Source: Curvularia clavata (Eukaryota). Taken from it: DNA of 64,000 bases. The DNA is taken from NCBI GenBank assembly GCA_023920165.1, contig CP089275.1, forward strand, positions 2,170,001 to 2,234,000, read 5' to 3'. This document shows, in pieces, positions 1 to 13,054 of this stretch; position 1 is the stretch's first letter; the number at the start of each line of letters is the position of its first letter. Under the pieces are notes generated by a model that saw only the letters and a list, made by a program, of their open reading frames with translations, did no database searches and had not been told where the DNA came from. Both the position numbers and the translations under genes were made by a program.

Positions 1-2986
1 GCTGCGTCCAGTCGTTGTACTGCATCTCTGGATCGACTGGAGGACCCTGCTGTTGCGGAGGCAGCTCCAGGCCAGAAGGATCCAAGCTCAGATTTTCGGA
101 TGGTGCGGATTGCCACCAGAGATTTTGCATGTCGACGATTGGAGGACCCTGATCAAAAGTCGTCATGAAAGGGTTTCCAAACGAAAAGGCCATGGAAGGG
201 TCGTGTTGAACAGGAAAGGGATAGACGGGGTTAGAAAATTGCTCGCTGAGAAACGGAGGTGCAAACGTCTGTGACGAATCTTCAGGGTAAACAGGTATTT
301 CCCAGGGCTCTGGTTGTGATGGGAAGGTGAACTGTTGTTGGTGCTCCGATGGCCGCGGTTGCGGAGGCTGATTGTGGTCGTCGTCCATCAGCTCGTGCAC
401 CTGATCGCGCAAGCCAGAAGCAGATGTATTGAGAATCTTGTAAACCACATCATGTGCCCGGGAGGCAACAGGGTCATTAAATCGCATGGCGCGAAGCCAG
501 CTCATCAGCTTCTTGATACAGGACAAGATTTCTGACTTATCCTCTTTCGTGTTTTGGCCTTCGTAAGCCATTTCCAGTAAAAGCACAGCCATACTTTGCA
601 TGACTTTGGCATTTGTTGTTAGCAAGATTCAATCTTGATTGCAATTGACAAGACTCACTGATATGGACAATGTTCCACCAAGGGCCCCGAGAGTAGATCA
701 GGGTCGTGTCTGGTTGCTCAGGAAACAACGCCGTCATCCGTCTAGCTGCGTAAACACATGCTTCGGCCATCTTGGCATTAAAATGGGCCGAGCGACTACT
801 CTCGGATGCGATTCGTCGCTCAATTCTACAGAGACAAGGCCGTGTGATCAGAATCCTGGTGCTCCAATAGTAGATCCTGAACAAGAAGCGTTCACGATCG
901 AAATCAGGTGGCTGATCCCAATTGCTTGAACGAAGATCATCGAACGGCAAAGCTGTCTTCGACCATTCTTCGAGTTCGCTGAGAAGCTCCGTGATTCTAG
1001 TTTGAACATGCTATAGTTATAACCTGTTAGCAAAGCCAAGGCTAATCATATGTGAGGGCGAGTGACTACGCAATGCGATCCTAGACTTACCTCCCAAGAT
1101 CTTGCCGCTGTTCGCGGAGAATATAAGCTAAGGAGAACCTTTTGTGAGATGAGATTCAGTTTGATGTACGCGACTAGATTAACATTCTCCTCGGTACTTT
1201 TGTCGGACTGAGAAGTACCACTCCTTGCACTCGAATGCGGTGAACTATAATTTGTACGAACACGGGATGTTCGCCTCGGTTCGTTGGTGTCATTGCTCGG
1301 CGATCCAGGCGTGGATTTTGGCATGGCTACCGTACAATCCGCATCGCCAATGACTGGAGGGCGACCCGTGAGAGATGATGCCAAGCACTCTATGGCATGC
1401 AAACACCACCATATTCTCACCAATGGCTCTTTTTTGGTTTCGTTGAGTGAGGCGTTCTCGTTGCGTAGGTGAAGTCCGAGGGCTAAGGCGAGCCTAATTG
1501 AAATCCCGATCATGATCCAAGCTCTGCTTACATGACCAATCGCGACGAAGTAAAAGGCAAGGGCGCCAGTCTATAGTTTGATGATTAGCTTCCTGTGAGA
1601 AAACGTTGGGAATACAAATGGCCTACGGCTTGGACTCTATCTATGGTGGGTGCCGTAATGAACACAAGGGGGTCATTTAGGCGCAGAAGATGCACTGCAC
1701 GGGTCATGTAGATCAAGTGGTCTCTTTCGTCTCCTCTCCATGGAGCTCTAATGAGCTGAGAGTATTTTGCACCGATTGCAAAGAGCAGGTTCATGGTGAT
1801 GCGCCATTGTGTGGGAACTTCGTACGGGTGTTGGTGCTTTGCCGATTGGATATAACGGCGGAACTGATCTTCGAAATTGTCGGACATGAGTGGAAAGGTA
1901 TTATGGACAGTCTCAAGATAGCAGTTGAAGAGATGCTCAGCAACTCCTGGGTCCGGTAATTCGTAAGGGTCGACCGCAATATCGATCTCAATATCGTCAC
2001 TGTCTAGGTAAAAGGTCGCGTCGGTTGTGTGGTGCATCGAGCCTTGTTTGCTATTCTGTCTGCGTTCATGCATAGCCTCGATTCGTTCATTGACGGCCCC
2101 TAAACTTGCACCAGGAGGACCATGTCGCTGTTGGTCAGGATTGGTACTTCCACGTTCGGCTTGGCGTTGAATGCTTCTCAGCCACTGTACCTCAGAGTTC
2201 TGGCCTATGTAGCCAGTCTCTCTTGCCTCACGGTTGCGCATCAAATCCTCGTCTAGGATATCAAGATCTTCGTTTGAACCGACTGATGCAGTAACGAAAG
2301 CCTCGCCATGGTTGGCCTTGTTCTCTCCCGAATATTGTTCGCGTGGTCTTTTACCTAATGCCTTTACGGACGGAACAGAATCTAGAGATACAAGGTCATC
2401 CTCTACCTATTTGGAAAAAAATCTAATTGTCAGCGGTGCTTCTTCACGTGGTATTGTGGATACATGTGATGCAGTCATTTGGACGTACGTTCTGCAAAAC
2501 TTCACCAATGGCTTTCTTGTCTTCATCGTCGGCGCGCTCCTCCAGCATCTTCAGGAGACTGACAAGATCGTGGTTCAGTCGCATTGCCCTGAGCGATCAG
2601 CATGAAGCTATGCGATAGCAGTGTTTCGAAAACATACTCTGCAAGTCGATCGCGTCGTGCAGAATCGTAAATACAAACCAAGTTGCCCCTCTCGCAAGAG
2701 GTACAACGCGGCGTGTCTCCCGAACATCGAACTTCTGTATCCGGTATCAGTAGGCTGAATCAATGCTGAGAGGGCCATGACATACTCCGTTTGCGGCAGG
2801 CTTTGCATGCTCTTGCTCTACAAATACGCATCAGCTTGGAGACCACCATGGGGTATGTATTACTGACACACGCTCCTCTCTCTCAACTTTCTCCTGCTTT
2901 TCCTTTCCGGGGCGCGGTGGTAGCTTTGGTATCGCAATCTTTCTGCCATGTTCAGGATGGGACGACTGGTGCGGGTTTCCTTGCAT
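1..2986 (-). CDS. Zn(II)2Cys6 transcription factor with fungal-specific TF (middle homology) domain; multi-exon, 3' end runs off the window
   Basis: Manual splicing from ATG 2986 (MQGNPHQ..KIAIPKL..) across GT-AG introns gives RVARACKACRKRKVRCSGDTPRCTSCERGNLVC. ORF fragments 1585-2244, 1046-1513 (IGISIRLALALGLH..RIWW) and 537-950 (ILITRPCLC..GPWW) are typical MHR-region segments. About 7 introns. Confidence 0.88.
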
Positions 2987-4024
2987 CACGAAAGCTGGCG
3001 GGTATTGGAGTACATCAAAGAATACACACTACTAGTTCAAATGTGGCTCGCGTGCTGCCGCTTTGATGTCTAACTTGGCTTAGGCTCCGCGGAATGCGCG
3101 AAGTGAGACGAATATTCGGGAAGATGAACGTGCGAGGAGGAGACGGACGTGGGGTGTAATGGCTTGAGTAGGAAGGGGGGAGGGAAAAACGGACTGCGTA
3201 ATTTTTCACTATGCCTGATATATCCCCTCAGACAAACAACGTGTCTGCTGGAGATGGCTGGTGTACGAGGGCAGTCGATGCGTTGATACTGTTGAGGCTG
3301 GTCAAAAGGGTGTCCAGTCTGAGAGATGAATGATAGGCGGGAGAAAGTTCCGGTCTTGGTCCACCTAGTTATTCAGGCGGCGGCACCTGTCAGCCCGTTT
3401 TCTTTGGGAAAGAAGGCATGACTAATATGCATGGCGAATTCAATATCAACTTGCTCTAATTCCATACCAGTAACTATTATTTGCACGCGCAGTCTGCGGT
3501 TTTTGATCCGGTTTGGCTCCGTTGGGATCGCGATCGAGATGTTTCGTGGATGTTGCCACGAAAAAGGGCCGTGATACCCCATCCCCCACACGGATGAAGT
3601 GCTCCAAAAAACGAACGAGTAGATGAGAATGCATATAGCAGCATGGCATCAAGATTCTATAGAGTCTTTGAGTCAGTTTTGGGCCATTGCAAAAACAGCC
3701 TGACGGTAATTTTACCATCAGTACATGCGCATACGTCATACTGACGACTAAGCCACCAGCTACCTCTCCCGTCCAACCACCAAGCATCTGCAGGTCCGCG
3801 TCAGACCCCTTCGTATAAGGTTGTATCATTGTCTGATAGAAATGTTTGGAAGTTTGTTTTGGATGACCAGGTGACCTGATTCCCACAGCATGCACGTTGC
3901 CTTCTAGAGAAACATCCACTAGTCCATCATCAACGGCTAGCGTGTGCGCCTGATACAGACATCCCGTCTGCCCATGTCGTTACTATGCAACACATCTGCC
4001 AAGTCACCCCGTCGCCCTGTATAG

Positions 4025-5416
4025 ATGCCAGCGAGAACGATAGCATGCGCAACCTGCCGAAAGAAACGCATCAGATGCGACGCGACACTTCCACAGTGCC
4101 TCATGTGCATTCAGGCCGGTCGAAAATGCCCCGGACTGCAAAAGGGCCCGTTGATAGTGGATATGACGGGCATCGCCAAACATGGCATGCGGAAGCGCCA
4201 GCCAAAACCGTCAGCCAAGAGAATCGTTATGCCTGTTTGGCCTTGGATCAATTCTGCTGACAAGTTCTTACCCACCATCTCCCAGCGTTTTGTGGTGACA
4301 GAGGCCTTTTACGCCCGCTTTCTGGCATATTTCACATCTGAGGGCGAGAGCAAAGACATTCAAAACCGACGAACCTGGCTACATAGCCTGCCGATTCTGT
4401 ACACGGATGGCACCAATGATGCTTTGGTATTGGCTGTTCAAGGCACGGCGTCTGCGTACTGCGCTGTCGAGATTGGCAACCTCGCCCTAGTCCAGCACTC
4501 GTGGCAGGTGTATGGAGAAGCTCTGCGAAAGCACACCGGCTTGATTTCCCGTTCGACAACCAAGCATGAGGTTACGGTCCACATGGTATCCACGAGCGTA
4601 CTGTTTAGCTTCTTTGAAGCTATGCAAGCCACGAGTGCAGACGCGTACTGTGCTCACATTTATGGTGCTGTGAGAATGCTTCAGATTACCAAACCGAAAC
4701 AGTGTTCACAGGGCGTCCTGTGTCAGATCTTCTACCATCTGCGAACCCAACTGGCATTTATCAACTTGGCAAGCACTGGCAGGGGGGCGTCGGTTCAGGT
4801 ACAACAGATTTTATATGGGGCACTGGAATACAATCGCCTTCCCATGTTCCAGAGGGTGATGAACCACACATCGTCACTGGTGGAAATGTACGTAAAGCGG
4901 AGGAATGGCGAAACACAGCAGTCTTTTCCTCGTACAGCTTACGCCATGATCAAGGCCGAGCTCGAGTCACTTTGGCACGAATATCAAGAGGAAGCCGCGA
5001 ACATGGGTACACCGGTTCTTCGGGCAGATGGAAACCATGGAGCTTTCCAATTTCGCGATGCTTTCACCGCCCTTACCGTGGCGTATTTCAGCGCAGCATC
5101 TATCCTACTCGACACTGCGGGATTCCACCTCACGAATTCCTCCTTAGGTTTGGCGGATTACTACGCGACCATCCTACAAGCTTCGCGACATCTACAATCA
5201 GATCGTATCGCTCTTGCATACATGCGCATGGCAGTGCCCCTACTCCTAGTGGCACTGCACTCACCTGGACTCAGCCAACGGGAGCAAGCTGCTGGATGCT
5301 TCAAGCACTGGACGAACGGATCCATGTCCGGCATTAGCGCACTTGCGTTAGAAGCGATAGGTCACCATCACGCAATAGCAAATCATGAGTTGTATCCAGC
5401 AAGCCCATCAGCATAA
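4025..5416 (+). CDS. Zn(II)2Cys6 transcription factor, intronless, 463 aa
   Basis: N-terminal CATCRKKRIRCDATLPQCLMCIQAGRKC binuclear cluster in an uninterrupted ORF. Confidence 0.88.
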   Translation: MPARTIACATCRKKRIRCDATLPQCLMCIQAGRKCPGLQKGPLIVDMTGIAKHGMRKRQPKPSAKRIVMPVWPWINSADKFLPTISQRFVVTEAFYARFLAYFTSEGESKDIQNRRTWLHSLPILYTDGTNDALVLAVQGTASAYCAVEIGNLALVQHSWQVYGEALRKHTGLISRSTTKHEVTVHMVSTSVLFSFFEAMQATSADAYCAHIYGAVRMLQITKPKQCSQGVLCQIFYHLRTQLAFINLASTGRGASVQVQQILYGALEYNRLPMFQRVMNHTSSLVEMYVKRRNGETQQSFPRTAYAMIKAELESLWHEYQEEAANMGTPVLRADGNHGAFQFRDAFTALTVAYFSAASILLDTAGFHLTNSSLGLADYYATILQASRHLQSDRIALAYMRMAVPLLLVALHSPGLSQREQAAGCFKHWTNGSMSGISALALEAIGHHHAIANHELYPASPSA

Positions 5417-6440
5417 AACTCCTCCTTAACTTCTGCATCAACCACCACCACCAACATCTCGATCAGAAATACAACGCTGTACATAGTCGGAGTTCTCATA
5501 ATGCTGATCTACAGATAAGCTAGCCTACCCAGTTCAGTCCCCACACATCACGCCACCAAACCACATGGAGCCTAGCCTACCAAGCCCCTCTGCGCGATGC
5601 GCCCTACAAAACACCGATCTTCAAGTGCGTCTTTTCTCCTCAAGTGGCCCCAACTGATACACATCCGCCATATTACGTTGCCTTCAGTTCTGGCGATGCA
5701 CAGCTATAAACCCGATCTCCGCCCATTGTGCTCCTCACACAGGCTCCACTTTGTCTGTGAAAAGGAAACATGTACATACAGAACTCTGTTCGTATACGGA
5801 TAACACGGCGCGTGTTTGCTGGGTAAAAGACGGGATAATACGAATGTGCTATTGGCTAGGCTCTTGGATCCGAGGACGATGAGGGGCCGGGGCCGGGGCC
5901 TTAGGACATTTGTTGGAAGAGGGGATGGTAAAATTCAAGTCTCCGATTGTGCAAGAAATGTGCCAAGAACAAGGTTCTAGCATGCTTTTTTTTTTTTTGC
6001 AAGTTAAACAAACGATGCAAATAATACATAGGCAGACATGAGCGGTGAACTTGAGCCTCAGGCATCCAGTTGGGTAAGAGAGTCACCAAGAATAAGACCG
6101 GACAGGTCATTTCCAAGCTAGATGAAGAAAAGACGAGCAAGATTGAGTAAACACAAATACCTTTGATATCTCAAATTGTGGTAGCAAGTACAATAGTTAC
6201 AAACACGGAAAGGTCAAGAACGAAGAGACAGGAAAAGTCTATTTATTCCAAGACCTTATTTCAGCATGCTGCGTCGTGATAGCTATCGAAAGCAAAAAAA
6301 AAAAAAAAAAAGGCAAAACCAGGCAAGCACAAACATGATACTACATACATATCGCATCCTTAGCATTGTAAGCAAGCTACACTTGCTCTTCCATTTCTCT
6401 CCTAATTCCTACAAGTATACCAGACCCTACACGTACACAC

Positions 6441-9400
6441 CTATGTCTTCTGCATGCCCTCAACAAACTCAAGCGCCGCCTCTCTCTCCACAACATCAAT
6501 ACTACTCGTCTTATTCGAATAACTAACACCATAGCACCGATCCGCCACGTGCACCATTTCTGGCCTGAAGGTTGTGCAAATAAACTGGCCGCCGCCATCT
6601 CCCTTTTGGCCTCCATGACCACTAAGGCGCTGTAGCATCTGCGCGACAGCAGTGCGGTACTGGGCATCGAGGTTGGCATCGATTTCGTCAAAGAGGTAAA
6701 AAGGTGCTGGGTCGCACTTTTGGATGGCAAAGATGAGGGCAAGAGCGCAGAGGGATTTCTGACCGCCGGAGAGTTGGCCAATTTTTTGCTGCTCGTCGTG
6801 CTTGCTGTTGAAGGAAACGGCGATGCTGACACCAGTGTATTCTTCCACTTTGCTCTTCTTGCCTTGGGTCTCTTGGCCTTCGTCGTCGTCATCGTCATCG
6901 TCGGATGCGTTGCCACGCGCGTCGCGGTCGGATTTGCGGTTGATGATTAGACGCCCGCGACCAACGGGCACAAGCTGTTGGAAGACTTCTCCAAAAGCGG
7001 CGGCCACTTGCTTGAAAGTACGGGCAATGGCCTCATCTTTGCGCTGATCAAGCACTTCAATGAGATTCTCAATCGATTTGCGCGACGTGTCGAGTTCGGC
7101 ACGACGTTCGGTCAGGGTACGGCGTTGACGTGTAAAGTTTTCATACTGTTCGAAGGCCTTCTTGTTGACGTGTGCGAAGCTCTTCAGAGCTTGATTGACC
7201 TTTGTGAGCTCTTTGGTAACCTTTGGAAACGGTCAGTATTTGATATTGATCTTTCACGTGGGAGATATTGGGAGCTTACCTTCATGGTATCCCATTTGGT
7301 GTATTTCCGATTGACGTCTTCTGGTAGAGTACCCAAATCTCTGATGTCCCGCTTTACTTCGGCTAGTCGATCTGTGAGGCGGCTGCGATCCGAGTCCTTC
7401 TTAGACATGGCCTGCTCTTGCTTGGCCATTGTCTTTGCAAGTTGCCGATTGTTGGCCTCTTTTTCGTTTCTCGCATTCTCTAGCTCGCTCAGTTGCGCCC
7501 GGATATCTTCAATCTGAGCATCGGTCTCCTGTATTTGGTGGTCAAGGTTGGCAATAATCCGGTTGATATCGTCCAATGCCCGTTCACACTCCCGTAATCT
7601 CGTCGACTGACTGGTTGATCCACCAGCGCCGCCTTGCTGTGCCTGGATGTTGTCGAGCTCGGGGTGCAGGTTTTCGTTTAGATCAAGCTCAGCTTCGACC
7701 TTTTGGGTTTCTAGGGTAGTTCGTTCCTGTTTAACTCGTGCGAATTGCCGCTTCAGATCTTGTACCGTACTTCGCAAACTCGCTAGCATCTGCTCCTCAT
7801 CATTCGATAACGCTTTCTCAAACTTGGAAGCTATCTCAGCCTCCCAATCACTCTGTTGGGCACCGAGTTGGTTGATGGCCGATTGAAGTGTCGCGGCGGT
7901 CATTTGCTTCCTTGCTAGCGTATCTTGAATATCTCGTAGTGACCTCTGCTTAGCCCGCAGATCTTCTCTCATTGGCGCGTAGCTGTTCTCGCCCTTGTCC
8001 TTCTCGTGCTCACGTCGGCGAACTTCACTCAAAGCTGCAGTGAGTTGCTGTCGCTTCTGCTCGAGTTCTGCCGCAATGTTGCGTTTGCGTTGCTGTAACT
8101 CATCGTATTGTGTGCGCATCTCAGCAAGCATTTGATACGCACGGATCTTGGACTTCGTCGGATCGTGGTAACCTCCCCGGTATTGGCCCTTTCGTGAGGC
8201 GTTGTCTCCGTCCAGCGTGTATGCGCGAACATTGTATTGCTTTGCATTCTTCTTGCAAGCAGCCAGATCGGGGCAGACAACAATCTTACCAAAGACATGC
8301 TTGAATGCTTCCTCGAATCTTTCTTCATACTTTAGCTTTGGCAAAAGCGGTTGCATGTCTCCAGTGGCTGGGAGATTCAGGTCATGGGTCCTGATGCGGT
8401 TGAGAGGAATGAAGGTAACGCGTCCACCCTTGTCCTTGATGAGTCTGTCGATAAGTTTACTCGAGACTTCGTCATTGTCTACGACGACATTGAAGAGAGC
8501 ACCCTCTGCTGCAGCTTCGGTGACTGCTCTGTAGTCACTACTGACATCGAGCAGATCCGCAATGGTTCCGTGCACACCCTCCAGCTCGCCTTCTTTTTGA
8601 TATCGACGGAGCGACTCTAAACCACGGCTTGTACCATGGTCAAGGAGTCGGGAGAAGGAGCTCTCTGCTTTGCGAAGTTCTGCCTGGGCGTTTGTGAGTT
8701 GTGTGTTAACCCTGTTCTCCTCTCTGTAAAGGCTTGTTTGCTCATCGTGGACAGCCTTGTACGCGTCCTTGGCTTGCTCGACCTTGGCAGCAAGATCAAT
8801 GCTGGCATCGCCTTCGCTCTCGATGGTTGACCTGAGTGTGGCAATCTCGCTCTCAATGCGCTCAATGTCGCTTTGGAGTTGAGCAATCTCCTCGGTGGTC
8901 TGCATGAGAACAGCCTTGCGGCGGCTGAGATCGCCGTTGGCCTGCTCTATTTGGGCTCGCAAAGCGTCATCCCGCTGTCGCTTGGTAGTGTAGAAAGCCG
9001 TACGACCCTGCTTCTCCTCTAGTCGCTTTTGTTGGCCTTCGGCTTCCAAGAGTTGTGCTCGAACGGCCTCCTCTTCTTCCTTCTTTGCATTGTATTGGGG
9101 CAGCAATTGATTGAGCTCAGCTTCGCGTGCTCGTATCTGTTGCTGGAGCGATTTGATTTGGGTGTCGCGTGACCTTTTCGTTTTCTGGGCGGCTGACTGG
9201 TTATCCTGCAGTGCCTTGAGCTCAAGCTCAATCTTGGCCTTTTCCAGAGTTGCTGACTTGCGCTCCTGCTCAGACTGTACGCGGTCCTCCCTCAGGACGT
9301 CCAGATCACCTCTCCGCTTGTTGATGTCTGTGTCAATCTGTGCAATCTCAGCTTCCGTCTGCACAAACGCTGCCTCGTTGGTCTCTTTCGTCTCGCGGCC

Positions 9401-10147
9401 TTGGTTCTCGAGATGATCGATGTTCTCAATCAGGGCCTCAAGATCGGCCTCTTCGCGCGACTTGAGCGTGTACATCAAGGAGCGGCGTTCCTTGTCGTTT
9501 CGACTCCATGCTTCCAACTCTTCTTTTTCGCCCTCCAACTCGTCCAAGCGCTCGTTAATGGTGGCAACGACTCCATCGATATTGGCGCATTTGCTGTCGG
9601 TATCGGCGAGTAACTTCAGACTGTTGGCGCGTCGCTCTTCGTATACGTTGGAGCCGGAAATCTCTTTGAGAAGCTTAAGTCGCTCCGAGTCCTTCATGTT
9701 GGTAAGTGCCGTGACACGGCCTTGGGGAACAATGTAATATGGGTTTGATCGCGAGAAACCGGCGGATTCGAGGATCTGCATAACTTCTGATTTGGTAGCA
9801 TTCTTGCGGTTGACCGAGTATTCGTCCTTCTTTGCACCGATTGTCCGGCGCAGGTAGAACTCAGGTTTTCCTGTCTGGAAGCGATCCTCTGTGTTGTCGA
9901 AGCAAACCTCGACGTAGGCAGACATGACGGCCGAACCAGAACCCTCGTGCAGCAGCGCCTGACGCTCTTCACGACCGAGATTGTGGTAGTCGTCACCTAG
10001 AACGAAGCGCACGGCGGCGAAGAAGTTACTCTTTCCGGAGCCATTGCGTCCAACAACGACATTGCAGTTGGGCGAAAAGGGCTCGATTTGCATCTGCTCC
10101 TTGTAGCTCTTGAAGCCCTGGATGGTGATTTGTTTGATGTAACCCAT
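6441..10147 (-). CDS. SMC3: Cohesin subunit SMC3 (SudA)
   Basis: Walker [10 protein letters not shown], acetylation-site motif GAKKDEY, hinge GRVTFIPLN, signature LSGGQKS, Walker [13 protein letters not shown]. One intron 7221-7279 (GTAAGC..CTGAC..AAG). Confidence 0.97.
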
Positions 10148-13054
10148 GACGGCGGTTGGTCGCGGCTACGGCACGAGCGAGTCAATAGATGAAGGTCTGC
10201 GGTCGCGTGTATTCGTATGTGCGATCGCGATGGTGCTCTTCAGCACATGGTGGGGCTGTCGTGGTGTTGAACGTGGATGAGCATCCGTCCAAGCACTGTT
10301 GCGCCGACGACGCGGTGCGCGTCGCGCTTCCCGCCAAGATATGATCGACTACACTAGTACATTTTGGGCGTTTGCACGTTCACGACAACAGCGTTAGCGA
10401 GCGCAGACGGCTTTGTTGCAGACCATGCATCAGTTCGATTTGCACATTGTAACCCTGGGTCTTGATTTCTTTCCGTTAGGGCGTTGGAAAAGCTATAGTG
10501 AGGGCTTGGGCCGTCACTGTAGTGGCACATTCGGGAAGAAAGACTTTTGTGCCATAATTTAATCCTGGACACTCATTGACTAAGTAACGAAAATGCGGTA
10601 TGTGGTGAGGTGAAACCCCAAGCAACACGGCCGCAGGGTTTGCGATGTTAGCCTAATGTGAAACGGACAAGGTTGGGGAACAAGCAACGACCCTTTGTGT
10701 TGAAGCACGCCATAGACTTGCAGACAGGTCAGGGTAGCATTCCTGCAGGCATTTGAATATCTGACTGCGACGCTGGATACTCGCCTAGAAGCCAAGGGCA
10801 TGCATATGCCTATCCTTGTAGATTTCACTCCACTTGGGGACTAGACATAGGCATTGCAGCGCCGTGGCGAAAATAGTCACACGCAGTTGGAGGAACAGGG
10901 CATTTTCAATAGAAAGCACTTTCCAAACACTATTTGGGACAGTCAAGTAGCAGAGAGAGACTGAGATTTGGAGTCGTTGCCACCGGAGCGATACGCCGCT
11001 CAAATGTGTTCAGAGCAGATGTGTGCAGACATAGACCAGTATGTGCTGGGGCGGCGGGGAAAGAACGGGCTACGGAGCTACTTCGGAGGTATTGCACATG
11101 TAGAATGCTGCTGACTTGGTTGGTGGACAACCTGGCCGGGGGCCAAAGGATGGGGGACTTTTCTGGTATATAATAGCGGTATGACCGGCTTTTCCTTGAC
11201 GGGTGTGACGGCATGATGGGCTCAACGTATATGTGTTTATGCTTATTGTCATGGCATGCTGGCCGGGTCAGCGACGTGTCAGCTGCAGGCGGAGTCGACA
11301 TGGTTGTGGAATGCGCACATGAGAGTGGGGTTGCCGTTTTGCTTTGGCGCGAGCTCATGCCTATCGTGGCCCTTGTTGGGCGCTGGCGCAACGTGCGATG
11401 ATGCAACGCGGACAGGGAGGCGCCCAGCCAGCAAGGGCCGCGATCGGATTTGCAAGCAAAAAGATGGGATTTTGCCAACTTTCCCATCTTTGGGGGCGAC
11501 TTTTCGATGTTTTCGATCCGCCCCTCTCGATCTCGCCACCTGGGCGACCATCAAGTTTGACCTCGGCTGTCTAGCATGGCTCACAGGCTAGCACATAGCG
11601 GCATATAATAATGGGCAATTCCGCTTAATATGAGTGCGCCTCTTGACTACACAGCTACGCGTGGCCGGTATTCTGCCTAGATTTATTGTGCGAGAAGCGC
11701 TACTGGCCGAGTGAAGAGTCGACAACGGGTGTATGAAGGGGCGTGTCGAGGAGAGGGTCATCATGTACACGGCACGCATGCCATGTCGACCAATGTCGCC
11801 CGAGTAACAGCATGAGCGGAACGCCTCATGGCAAGCAGGGCGCGTTACTGTGTATAGAGCAGCGTACCGTGGCAGAGGGCGGTTTTGTGGAGGAATAGCG
11901 CGGTGCAACCCCTCCATAGTGCGCCATGCAAGGTGGACCGGCTGGTTTCCAACGAAGCACGAAGCGCGTGCCGTGTTTCGACGTGCCGTGACTTGACCAG
12001 TGGTTGCTGGTTGCAGTGAAGGGGGCCCATCTTGCCTGTGCCTGGTACAAGTGAGATTGGTGGCGTGTAACCTAGGGTAGCGACGCGTCGTGAGCCAGAT
12101 GCGGAGACGGGTAGGGAAGGTCGAAAGCCATGTCAGTATCGGTGCCCATGTCGCCATGGCATGGCCCATCAGCTGATAGGCCGAGGGTCACGGCGACGAG
12201 GCCGAGCCATTGCGGAGCCCGGGCCAGTGGTGGGGAGGCCACGGCTTGGATAGAGTTCAAGCTGGTCGTCCAGCCAGACATGTGCTCCGCGGAGCATGGC
12301 CTCGTCGCAACAGCAGCCGGTGGGGTGCGATGGAAGATGCGACGGGGCTGGTGAGGGTGGTGAGGGTGGTGGTGAGGCCGGAGACGAGCAGCAGCGCGCA
12401 CAAGGCAGAGAAGGCAGAGCAGCCACAGGAGCCACGAGCAAGGTTTGTGCGTGCTGGAAACACAGCCCGGCTCCGTTGCGTTGCAGCAGGCGGAGAGATG
12501 AGGCGAAAAGCCATGGCGAGAGCATCGAGATTTGGCCGTGGGCTGCAACGCCGATGAGCGTCGCCATCGTCGATCGACGAGGGGCGCTACGTCACTCGGC
12601 GCACGGGCGCCCAATCATGCCCCGGCCCGCCGGAAATAGCGCTAGTGCCCCTGCAATCGCTTTCGCAAGTTCCGCATGTTACGAAAGCGCCCAATTGTCC
12701 CATTTGCAAAATCCCATATCTCTGCCTCGCCCCGGCCCCGTTGCCCTTCTCCCTCGCGGCTGCACCCTTTGTCTGTTTACCCTTACGTACCCGTGCTTGC
12801 TGGTCCATTGCATTGCGGCCTTTGCTTCCGCCTCCCCCACGGCCTACTTTACCGACATCATACCCAGCGCCCCTTCCTTCCACGACTACTGCCGCCTGCT
12901 GCTACCACACATATAACTACCTCTCCTTCCACCCCAAACTACCCCTCCATCTGCTCCCCCTCTCTCTTCACACTCCCACTACCACTCTCTCAATTGCCTT
13001 GCTCCACACGGCAACAACACACCAAGACACACACTGCCCGGCCCTGCCCCCGCC

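Noticed and set aside
5883..6311. (GGGGCC)x3, T13 and A18 runs between convergent genes
   Set aside because: Simple repeats with no target duplication or retroelement body.
10300..12950. Many overlapping 60-200 aa ORFs between SMC3 and the bZIP gene
   Set aside because: No recognisable motifs or splice structure. This is a GC-rich divergent promoter region with a short GGTGAGGGT repeat.
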